Below, in pieces: positions 45,908-54,703 of a stretch of DNA of 64,000 nucleotides. Both the position numbers and the translations under genes were made by a program. A model generated the notes under the pieces. The model saw nothing but the letters and a program-made list of their open reading frames with translations, was not told the DNA's origin and searched no databases. Origin of the DNA: an uncultured Eubacteriales bacterium. GTDB lineage: Bacteria; Bacillota; Clostridia; Oscillospirales; Acutalibacteraceae. The stretch spans positions 33,396 through 97,395 of the forward strand of contig CAYQYT010000002.1 of NCBI GenBank assembly GCA_964421815.1. Direction: 5' to 3'. The stretch's first letter is position 1; each line of letters starts with the position of its first letter.

Positions 45908-47800
45908 ATGAAAATCTTAACAAAGAGGAACGGTATTGCGCTTGTTGCAGTATTGACGATTTTGCTTGTTTTGACATTGCTGCTTCCTGTAATGTTTAAC
46001 ATGTCCGAGCACGCTATCTCCGGTGCTGCCTCCAGAGAAGATAAGCAAATAGCCTCATATTACGCTCGTTCAATGGTTGAAATGACGGTTTCAGCCTTTG
46101 AAGATCTTTACGACGCTGCCGAAGAAGATAAAGAAACAAATACGGATTCAACATATCTTCAGATAATGAACTCATTTAAGACTATCCCGGACGGCAGTAC
46201 CAGTAACACAATGAAGGCTCAGACTATTTATATCTACAAAAAAAATGAAGATGCTCCGGATATATCCAATGTCACAGAACAGGCTCAGATAGACGAAGCA
46301 AACGAGTATATCCGGTATTTCACAAGTAAAGACACTTCCGGAGATTACGTTTATTTAGGCGAAGCTGATTGCAATATTATTTATGAAGAAGCAAAAGAGT
46401 ATTACGAAACTAAATATAATTCGGAAAAAAAAGCCTTTGAGACTACCTTGATGACGGATCCTAACGCGGCAACAATTTACGAGAATTATATTGAATCGGC
46501 AAGGGACGGCAACATTCAAGGGGAAACAGACACAAGATATTCCAAATTGGAACAGGAAAAAGTTACATTTGTTGCAAGGGCAACTGTTAACGGTGAAGTC
46601 GGCGAAAGACGCTGTGTTATGTATCTTCCTTCAAAGCCTGCGGAAAAGAACTGGATTGCTCCCGCGAACATGGAAAGCAATCAGATTTTCCCCGATACCG
46701 AAAACGCAACAAGTATAACAAACCTGGATGTACCCGACGATTTCGTTGGGGACATAAAAGCGTTTAACAAACAGTCTGTTTTCATATTTTCATGCGTAGG
46801 CAATATGGTAATTTCAAAGGAAAATATGAAAATCAAGGATAAAGACGGCAATTATGTGGATTATAATAAATTTATTGAAGATTACAACAATAATCCCCTG
46901 CATACAGCCGACAGTTTGAAATTGATCAATAATTCCGCAGATTTCTCTCTGGGTCTGCACCCAATTACGACAACCCTTAAACCCTCAAACGATCCCTCTT
47001 TTTCCTGTGTAAAAACAAACAATATGAGATCTTGGGCAATTTCCGCTCAGCGCGATAATTTCGTTGCCTACACCGCAACCAATGCAATTGAAGTTGATAT
47101 GCCAATCAATCTTCTTATTAACCCCTGCCGTACTATGAGAATAGGTGACGGTATTTCCGCAAACCAGTCCCTCTACAAGATTATGTGCTTTCAGGCGCCG
47201 GACATAGTTTTTAAAGAAAGTGTAAACAGTTTTATGTCCCTTTACCGTAAAGAGGGTCTTGCAGCAGGTTTAAGTAACTATAATGCCTACAGAATGAGCA
47301 GCATTATTCTTTCTGCACCGCAGAATACTCCCTACAGTTATCTGAACGAAGAACGGGGCAAGGTTGTTAAAGCGGGTAAGGTTTACTTTTTAGAGGATGC
47401 ATATATTTGGCTCGTACCCTACGGGGAGGATGGTTCGGACTACAAAACCCAGACCGTATATTACAAAGGTAAAGATATTCTTCTTTACAAATTCGCAAAT
47501 GCGGGAGATGTTTTCCTCTTTAATAACGAGGTCAAAGAAACAGATGATACAAAATACGCCGGGTTTTCAATGACGGGTTACTTTATGGATGTTCTTTATA
47601 ACAAAGGTGACGCCAAAACGACCGCTCCTTGGTGGGATTTTGTTACGCGTATGCGCGGAGCAATCTTTGACAAAGCAATGGAAACCTTCAGAGAGCCCAC
47701 TTATGTTGAAGAAGATTTAAAATGGGTTGGAAACATAAAAAACGGAACAGTTGGCGCGACTCCCGTCGTTGATGATTTCTATGTTGTATGGGAGAGTTAA
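45908..47800 (+). CDS. PilX-N-domain-like large pilus-associated protein
   Basis: 630 aa. MKILTKRNGIALVAVLTILLVLTLLLPVMF matches the PilX N-terminal pattern (G-[IV]-A-L-[IV]-x-x-L, with no Glu5). The rest was not recognisable. Confidence 0.55.
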   Translation: MKILTKRNGIALVAVLTILLVLTLLLPVMFNMSEHAISGAASREDKQIASYYARSMVEMTVSAFEDLYDAAEEDKETNTDSTYLQIMNSFKTIPDGSTSNTMKAQTIYIYKKNEDAPDISNVTEQAQIDEANEYIRYFTSKDTSGDYVYLGEADCNIIYEEAKEYYETKYNSEKKAFETTLMTDPNAATIYENYIESARDGNIQGETDTRYSKLEQEKVTFVARATVNGEVGERRCVMYLPSKPAEKNWIAPANMESNQIFPDTENATSITNLDVPDDFVGDIKAFNKQSVFIFSCVGNMVISKENMKIKDKDGNYVDYNKFIEDYNNNPLHTADSLKLINNSADFSLGLHPITTTLKPSNDPSFSCVKTNNMRSWAISAQRDNFVAYTATNAIEVDMPINLLINPCRTMRIGDGISANQSLYKIMCFQAPDIVFKESVNSFMSLYRKEGLAAGLSNYNAYRMSSIILSAPQNTPYSYLNEERGKVVKAGKVYFLEDAYIWLVPYGEDGSDYKTQTVYYKGKDILLYKFANAGDVFLFNNEVKETDDTKYAGFSMTGYFMDVLYNKGDAKTTAPWWDFVTRMRGAIFDKAMETFREPTYVEEDLKWVGNIKNGTVGATPVVDDFYVVWES

Positions 47801-47841
47801 GGCATATTCTCTATTATATTGATTAAGAAAGGATTGATTAA

Positions 47842-50800
47842 ATGAAAAGGCGTAATTTCCAAAAGAGCGGCGCAAGGAAACGTTTTTTTAACAAACTTGG
47901 TATGACCTATGTTGAGCTCCTTTGTGCTCTTTCATTGCTCAGTCTTATTGTGGTAATGTTCACCCCAATGCTTTTATCCTCCTATGAAAGAATTTATTCC
48001 GCGGGGGAGAGAGAGGCTAATACTTACAGCAAAAAAGAGAGTGTCGAAACCGTGCTTTCTTCCCGTGTATCAAAGTTTTCACTTGATAGTCTGGATATGC
48101 AGATGTCCTTCAATAGCCTTGTTCAGTCTATAGAGGTCAGCGGAAAAAAAGCAATCGGCGGACTTGTTGATGGTTTTGAAACCCTTTTCGGTTATGAACG
48201 AACTACGGTTGAACTTATTTCACCCTCCACGGTGTATGATGACGATACATACCACGAAATTATTTTGCAGACATCGGGTATGGATTACGATACGGTTACA
48301 TTCGGTGAGGTGGAAAATTATGACAAAACTACCGGAGAAGTAACGAATGTGGACGCTTGGAAGGGAAAAATCCATTTACAGGTTATTATGCCCAATAAAA
48401 AATACACCGGAACCGGTGCTACTCTCCAGGAAACCGTTTACAGTGATTCAGCCTCCCAGTATTTGAATGTGTCCACAACCGGTTCGGAACCCTCAACAAC
48501 CGATCCGGGAGATCTTTCCATGGGTACCGACGGCAGAATAACTCTGAGAATAGGCAGATCGGACCTTGATTTCACCCGGTCCCCTGTTCAAATAAGGGTG
48601 TACTATGTAAACAAAAGAGGCAAGATGCGAATTATATCGGAATATTTGCATATTGAACCTGCTACCATTCTTTTTGCGGGTGAAACTGACTCCAATGCAG
48701 ATTACTACACTTCCGCGGGAGTTCAGTCGGAAACGGGTACCGACGGAAAAACCGTTTACAGCCTTAATGCAAAGGGCAGAGTAATGCGTACGGACAACAG
48801 CCCGTATCTTAATCAGCCCAGTAGATACAACAAAGGTTCTTATCAGTTGACCATGGGTCGTCCGGGTACCAACAGCAAACTCGATATTGACATCCGTTCA
48901 ATCCGCTGGATTGACAATGACAATGACGCTTCTCTGGACCCCTATTATGTTATGACAGGTACAAACGGCGCCATATACAGAATGTATAACTTTAAGAGCC
49001 ACGATAGTGATGTTTACAAAGCGGCAGTGGGCTCGGAACTTATGAACAACAATTCTCAGGCTCAGGCGTACCTGACAAAAGGCGCGGGCGCCGATACCCT
49101 TGACAAAGCGTTTAAACTCGAAACAGGTGAAAGAGTTTATTCATCACTCTGGGGCGGAGATTTCTCCCATGCCTTTGAATATTCCACGGGACAAGATAAA
49201 AGTTCCGCTTACGGTCCCTCTGTAAACTATCCCGGTGGTGACAAAACATGGATTACCTCCGAAGATGAGCTTGGTGTAAAGGGTGCTGCGAAATACAATA
49301 TTATGAGTCCCGTAGCCCAGTTTGTTTATTATGCAAACTATGAGGAATGTGACTTCGAGAGAAAGTTTAAAAAGACGCGTCCCATTTCATATATATTAAC
49401 CGAATCCGGATATGCTCTCAGACTGTTCGGAAGCGTTAACGGCGATAATGGCAGAGAATACAACGGAATGCAGGCTCTGTATGATCCGAACACTGCGGGT
49501 AGTTACGGTTACAGAATATTCGGAAAAGAATCCTATAAAAGGACCTGGGCAAATGAAGTATATGCATTCTACGGAAACAATGCAAAAAAGTATATAACTG
49601 ACAATGAACATGTTTTTTCCTCAATCAGTATCGCGGCGCTCGCCTCATATAATATAACAGCTTTTGACAACTATAGTAATAGCACCGGAAAACTTACTAA
49701 CAACACAGAAAATGTCAGATTGAATTACTTCCAGCGTTCGAGTAATCAGGGTGATAACGATGGTATAGGAACGCCTCGTTCCAACGCAAAGAGCCCGGCG
49801 TATGACGGAAATCTGGGCTATCTGAGGTATGAGTCGTTCGACGTAAATATTACCGACGCTATATATATTCCTTCTACAGCCGGTGGAACAAGTAAAGGGT
49901 CCATGTTCTATGTGGGCAATGTTCATGCATATTCGCATTTGAACCAAATTGACAAAATAAATAATAATTGTGTATGGGACTACGCGCTGTCATACAAAAA
50001 AGATGAATCTGATGGAAAATATTACAGAAGCAACGGTGAAAACAGTACATTCTTTTTATCAGGTGCTCTTACGGAATACCTTGTTGCAAGTAACGCTGAC
50101 GGAACAGGAACATATATTGCAAAATTCCATAATACCGGAGCACCGCATGAAGAAGGCGCTACTAAAACCAAACCTAGTGAAAATTATTATACTCCTGACA
50201 GAATTTTAGGTGAAGATGCAAGAGCGAAACAGCTTTATGCAATTACACATACTTCAGCTCAAACTGCCGCTACAAAAGCAACAAAAAATGAGTTCTTCTT
50301 CCCCACAAGAGGCACTACGGGCGAGTGGGAAACAATTTACATGGACGATGTTTCCTTTACGTTCGGCTATTCTTCAAACAGGGAAAAGGTTTATTCAAAA
50401 ATAACCTACGACGGTAATACGGAAAAAATTCGTTCCTTTGAGGAGTACTATTGGATTTCCCACTACGGAACCGCTAACCGCGTTGCAAACAGGAATCTTT
50501 GCGGTATTACCGGAATAACCGGCGGCTGCCTTGACGGTTGGGCGGGTAACAACGGAAATGATACGGGATACGACTATCTCAACAGTTATAATAACGATTA
50601 TTATAATGTCTGGTTCCCCGGAGAAATGTATAACCTCAACAAAATTGCTTCAAAGAACGGTGTTACCGTTGCGGTGGGCTATGCCGTTTCCGGTTCAACA
50701 TATCAGTGGATGAATCAGGATACCGCAAATTATGCCGACTGCAGTTCCACTGCTCTGGGCGGTATTTTCAATGACGGAGTTCTTGCCGCCATGATTGAGG

Positions 50801-51639
50801 GGAAGGATACCTCCCTGAACAATCTTCTTTATTTTAAAGATAATGAAACAATGGACAGGGATTTCTTATCCAAAAACAAGGCAAACTATTCACAGTTCAA
50901 GGACGCGGATAAAGGTTTAGCACAGCAGTACGGAAACCACTCCCGTGACAGCGTTCAGTTTACTGCGGTTGACCTTTTGGTTGAACAGGAAAGAACGGGC
51001 AACAACTCGGTAAACCTTGAATATTATGCGTATTACGGCGATAACAAGGGCAGGGTATTCAGATCCCTTGTTGCAAGAGGTACCGGCACAACCGATACAT
51101 CTGTGGATGTGGGAGGTAACAACTCCGATACGGATCTTGTTGTTACTTCCAACGTCAATACCGTTCCGTTTATCAAGGATCTGACGTATTCCGGTGCAGA
51201 GAATACTTCGGCGGGTTCCATGGAGGAAATTAAAATTGGCGGTGAATCCCTGAGTAAATATTTCAAGGAAATCAATACCATTGACGCAACCAATAATACT
51301 ATTATTATCAGCGGCAAAAAGGCGGATACCGTATCCTACGAATACTTCGTTGTCGGCGTAAAAAATTCCGACGGTAGTTGGAACTGGCGTGCCGTTCAAA
51401 ACGGTACATTTAACGATGTAATAAATGACGCGGCGGTTATCGGAGGCTATTATTACATTGTGAGTAACGGTTGGATGGCAGGTGTTTCTCTTGATGCTTT
51501 CAGCGATGTTAGTGTTACAAAAATCCAAGAAGCATCATACAACGGCAAGCACGATGTTTCCCAAAATAAAAACGACCTTTTATGGGTTGATTTGGGTAGC
51601 AGAAAATTTTATGCCATAGCCGGTCACGCAACAAACTAA
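47842..51639 (+). CDS. giant (1265-aa) protein with a class III (prepilin-type) signal: modular minor pilin or tip adhesin candidate
   Basis: MKRRNFQKSGARKRFFNKLG/MTYVELLCALSLLSLIVVMF has Gly at -1, Glu at +5 and a hydrophobic alpha-1 helix. About 1200 aa follow, rich in N, Y, G, T and S, with no motif I could recognise. Confidence 0.6.
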   Translation: MKRRNFQKSGARKRFFNKLGMTYVELLCALSLLSLIVVMFTPMLLSSYERIYSAGEREANTYSKKESVETVLSSRVSKFSLDSLDMQMSFNSLVQSIEVSGKKAIGGLVDGFETLFGYERTTVELISPSTVYDDDTYHEIILQTSGMDYDTVTFGEVENYDKTTGEVTNVDAWKGKIHLQVIMPNKKYTGTGATLQETVYSDSASQYLNVSTTGSEPSTTDPGDLSMGTDGRITLRIGRSDLDFTRSPVQIRVYYVNKRGKMRIISEYLHIEPATILFAGETDSNADYYTSAGVQSETGTDGKTVYSLNAKGRVMRTDNSPYLNQPSRYNKGSYQLTMGRPGTNSKLDIDIRSIRWIDNDNDASLDPYYVMTGTNGAIYRMYNFKSHDSDVYKAAVGSELMNNNSQAQAYLTKGAGADTLDKAFKLETGERVYSSLWGGDFSHAFEYSTGQDKSSAYGPSVNYPGGDKTWITSEDELGVKGAAKYNIMSPVAQFVYYANYEECDFERKFKKTRPISYILTESGYALRLFGSVNGDNGREYNGMQALYDPNTAGSYGYRIFGKESYKRTWANEVYAFYGNNAKKYITDNEHVFSSISIAALASYNITAFDNYSNSTGKLTNNTENVRLNYFQRSSNQGDNDGIGTPRSNAKSPAYDGNLGYLRYESFDVNITDAIYIPSTAGGTSKGSMFYVGNVHAYSHLNQIDKINNNCVWDYALSYKKDESDGKYYRSNGENSTFFLSGALTEYLVASNADGTGTYIAKFHNTGAPHEEGATKTKPSENYYTPDRILGEDARAKQLYAITHTSAQTAATKATKNEFFFPTRGTTGEWETIYMDDVSFTFGYSSNREKVYSKITYDGNTEKIRSFEEYYWISHYGTANRVANRNLCGITGITGGCLDGWAGNNGNDTGYDYLNSYNNDYYNVWFPGEMYNLNKIASKNGVTVAVGYAVSGSTYQWMNQDTANYADCSSTALGGIFNDGVLAAMIEGKDTSLNNLLYFKDNETMDRDFLSKNKANYSQFKDADKGLAQQYGNHSRDSVQFTAVDLLVEQERTGNNSVNLEYYAYYGDNKGRVFRSLVARGTGTTDTSVDVGGNNSDTDLVVTSNVNTVPFIKDLTYSGAENTSAGSMEEIKIGGESLSKYFKEINTIDATNNTIIISGKKADTVSYEYFVVGVKNSDGSWNWRAVQNGTFNDVINDAAVIGGYYYIVSNGWMAGVSLDAFSDVSVTKIQEASYNGKHDVSQNKNDLLWVDLGSRKFYAIAGHATN

Positions 51640-51654
51640 AAAGGAGAAAGGATT

Positions 51655-52866
51655 ATGTTCAAATTTTTGACATCAAAAAAGGGCTTCACCCTTGTGGAAT
51701 TGATGATAATATTGGTACTCCTTTCCCTTGGTTTTGTTGCTCTTGCAAATATGTTCCGTGCAACTATCAAGTCTTTCGACAAAACCGAGGAACGATACAG
51801 AAAACAGGAATCCGTAAAACTTGTTGCGGAACTTCTCCAAAAGGGTTCCACCGGTGTTGCCGCTTCAAAGACGGCGGATATATTTAACGATATATCCGTT
51901 GTCCCCACCGGCAACAAAGTGGATAAATCCTATTCCTACCTTTTTGCCGAGGAGTATAATGTTTGTTCGAAATGTGACAAAACATGGAATGAAACAAGCG
52001 GATGCCCGGATTCTTGTCCAGGTGCTCAAAAAAAACTGGATGGTTATTATATAAGCGTTCTTGACAAAGGAAAACCCCGTGCTTCTGCCCGGCGCCTTTC
52101 GCAAGAACCCATTTACTTAAGCATAGTTCCTTTAAGAGATGAGGCTAATAAAATTTCCTGCGGTGTTAAAGTCAGCATTGTTGCGGTTGAAGAAGAATTT
52201 GATGCCAACAATAAAGCCTTGTGTTTTAAAGGCTATGACGAGAACACAAACCCCAATCCCATTAGCATTGTTGATGATTATATTTTCTACGGACTTGATG
52301 TTGCATACCATTTTCCGAATATGATAGAATACGGCGGCAATGCCAGGGTAAATTTGGGTGCCGACGGGGAAATTGCAGAAGCTACGGCATACAACGCGGA
52401 CGGCTCTTTGAAAAGCGATTCTGTAAGTGCATCTGACAACGGCGGAATTGTTTTAAGGGTTTATGCGGATTCCATAATTTCCGGTGACAATATGGAAAAC
52501 GAAGTTTCCGCTCCCTCACTTTGCTTTATAGCCACGGCGTCCTACGGTCACGATTCCGGTGAGGTTGGTTTGCTCTGCGAATTCCGTGATAAATGCTTGC
52601 TTACAAATCCGTTAGGCACGGCATTTGTTAAAGCGTATTACAAGTTATCGCCTCCCGTTGCTGACTTCATTGCCGAAAGAGAACCTCTTAAAGCAACAGT
52701 AAGATTGGCACTTAAACCCTTGATTATTGTGGCAGTTAATGCGCTTGACGAGGATGTTGCCCGACAGAGTTTGCCTTTGTTTATGGCATTTATGTGTTGC
52801 GATGCAGGTGCTACGGCAATGCTTATTAAAATCACAACAAAGAAGAAAAGACAAAAATCCGAATAA
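51655..52866 (+). CDS. type IV pilin-like protein (canonical prepilin signal) fused to a CFI-box-type C-terminal domain with a TM anchor
   Basis: 403 aa. MFKFLTSKKG/FTLVELMIILVLLSLGFVAL is a canonical prepilin signal. A Cys-rich insert reads CSKCDKTWNETSGCPDSCPG. The C-terminus is LCFIATASYGHDSGEVGLLCEFRDKCLLTNPLGTAFVKAYYKLSPPVADFIAE..., then a hydrophobic helix and TTKKKRQKSE. Confidence 0.7.
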   Translation: MFKFLTSKKGFTLVELMIILVLLSLGFVALANMFRATIKSFDKTEERYRKQESVKLVAELLQKGSTGVAASKTADIFNDISVVPTGNKVDKSYSYLFAEEYNVCSKCDKTWNETSGCPDSCPGAQKKLDGYYISVLDKGKPRASARRLSQEPIYLSIVPLRDEANKISCGVKVSIVAVEEEFDANNKALCFKGYDENTNPNPISIVDDYIFYGLDVAYHFPNMIEYGGNARVNLGADGEIAEATAYNADGSLKSDSVSASDNGGIVLRVYADSIISGDNMENEVSAPSLCFIATASYGHDSGEVGLLCEFRDKCLLTNPLGTAFVKAYYKLSPPVADFIAEREPLKATVRLALKPLIIVAVNALDEDVARQSLPLFMAFMCCDAGATAMLIKITTKKKRQKSE

Positions 52867-52877
52867 AGTAAAATAAA

Positions 52878-52907
52878 AATCGACTTGCCGTGGCAAGTCG
52901 GTTTTTG
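52878..52907 (+). terminator. intrinsic terminator at the end of the pilus locus
   Basis: CGACTTGCC-gt-GGCAAGTCG followed by GTTTTTGTTT. Confidence 0.8.
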
Positions 52908-52971
52908 TTTGCTGTATAAGTGTTTGTTTGCAAGGTTTCATTATCACACAGACAAAACCGAAACAAAAAAA

Positions 52972-53628
52972 TTATACCTCAGAAGTATAGGAATCCTTAA
53001 TAAACGCAATTACTTTTTGGGGTACACGGACGGAATCGGGGTAGTTGTCCTTTGAGGGAATCAGTTTCAAAACCAACAATTCATCCGCCTTGATTATTTC
53101 CCAAAGCCGTTTCATAACTTTTTCGGCTTCTTCCGTCTTATTCTCGTGTTCCAATACAATATATCTTCCGAGATTTTCGTAAATTTGGTCATTTTTAAGT
53201 CCCAAATCACTTTCCGCAAGGCTCATTCGGAACTCCTTTTCAAGTTCGTCGGAATATTTGAAATCGTCACGGAGAATAAGGGCTTTGAGCAAAAGAGAAT
53301 GTGTTCCGCCGTTGTTTTTATTGTTGAGGGTATATTTCTCATAATAGGTGTAGGCTCTTACAAAATTCTCCTTGTACTTTTCGTAAAGTTCCCCAAGGCA
53401 GTAATACACATCGGCTTTCAGTTGGGAGTCCGAAACATCAAAATAGTGCTGTGTTGCGTAAATCAAAATGTTTTCCCCTATGGCAATGTTTCGGTTTCCG
53501 CCCCGTTCAAGAAGTTCATGGGCGGTTTCTTTTACTAAAACGCATTTTTCTTCCTTTGTATATGGGGAAATTTCTTTTATAAAATCTTCTGCGGATTTGG
53601 GCAAAGATTTTTGTGAACAGTTAATCAT
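52972..53628 (-). CDS. hypothetical helical (TPR-like) protein, last gene of the glycyl radical enzyme operon
   Basis: 218 aa with no signal peptide or TM. It starts 12 nt downstream of the isomerase-like gene. Confidence 0.45.
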   Translation of the reverse strand: MINCSQKSLPKSAEDFIKEISPYTKEEKCVLVKETAHELLERGGNRNIAIGENILIYATQHYFDVSDSQLKADVYYCLGELYEKYKENFVRAYTYYEKYTLNNKNNGGTHSLLLKALILRDDFKYSDELEKEFRMSLAESDLGLKNDQIYENLGRYIVLEHENKTEEAEKVMKRLWEIIKADELLVLKLIPSKDNYPDSVRVPQKVIAFIKDSYTSEV

Positions 53629-53640
53629 AATAACTCCTTT

Positions 53641-54699
53641 TTATTTGGACGGGGGAACGCATTTTGCAAGAGTCAAAGTACTTTTGCTTTCAACGCAAAA
53701 TTTCCCGTCACAGCAGTGGGGCATAAAGAAATAGTCACCTTTTTTCAGGGGTTTACTGTAATCCTCGGAAACAAGTTCTCCCTCACCCTCGGTCACAACA
53801 TAGACGCAAGTGCCTTGCAAACCCTCTGTTCTGCCTTTTTCTGTAATGTACCTCTCAACGCTGAAACAGGGGGTATCATTTTTACCTATAAGGCTCTCTT
53901 TTTTACAACCGTCTTTTTCATATATTGTAACGGGTGTTTTTTTGCACACGTCCATTACCTTTTTGTAATTATAAGAGTAATCAAAAACGCCCAGGGCATC
54001 TTCTTTTGAAAGACCTATATACATTTCCCTGTCGCTCAAATGATAATCTCCGCACCAACGCTCCGGCTGAATTGTGAAATCCGTGGGCTCCTGAACTTCA
54101 AGAATCAGACATCCCGCACCGATGGCGTGAACTGCCTTTGCGGGAATGAAATAAACATCCCCGGTTTTTACGGGTATTCTGTTGAGGAGCCTTTCCATTG
54201 CGGATTTATCGGTTTCGCTTTCCTCCACGGCTTTTTCAAATTCTTCGGGTGTAACACCGTCCTTGAAACCGAAGTATATACAGGCATCCTCCCTTGTTGC
54301 CAGAACAAGCCAGGACTCCGCCTTACCGAATTCGGAATTGAAGTGTACTCTCGAAAAAGCCTTGTCGGGATGAGCCTGAACGGGCAATCTTATTGCGGAA
54401 TCCAAAGCCTTAACGAGAACATCAAGACTTTTTCTGTCCCCCAACATAAGTTCCTTTTCCTGCTCAATAAGTTCATTGAAATGAATATTTGTGCCTTTCA
54501 CCGTGGAAAGTCCCTCAAATTCGTCGGTGCTTCCCTCGTTAAGTGCCTTTGTGGAAGAACAGATCCATTCCTCCGGATAAAAGGAATCCTCGCTGTCGTC
54601 ACCGAAAAAATCCCTGAAAAGTTTGCCGCCCAGATACACGCGGAAAACACGGTTTTTCTCAAAAAATACAGGTTTTGTTGCTATTTCTCTTGTGTTCAT
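53641..54699 (-). CDS. class I mannose-6-phosphate isomerase-like cupin
   Basis: 352 aa with the metal-binding motifs LPVQAHPDK and AVHAIGAGCLILEVQEPTD. Confidence 0.7.
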   Translation of the reverse strand: MNTREIATKPVFFEKNRVFRVYLGGKLFRDFFGDDSEDSFYPEEWICSSTKALNEGSTDEFEGLSTVKGTNIHFNELIEQEKELMLGDRKSLDVLVKALDSAIRLPVQAHPDKAFSRVHFNSEFGKAESWLVLATREDACIYFGFKDGVTPEEFEKAVEESETDKSAMERLLNRIPVKTGDVYFIPAKAVHAIGAGCLILEVQEPTDFTIQPERWCGDYHLSDREMYIGLSKEDALGVFDYSYNYKKVMDVCKKTPVTIYEKDGCKKESLIGKNDTPCFSVERYITEKGRTEGLQGTCVYVVTEGEGELVSEDYSKPLKKGDYFFMPHCCDGKFCVESKSTLTLAKCVPPSK

Positions 54700-54703
54700 A
54701 AAT

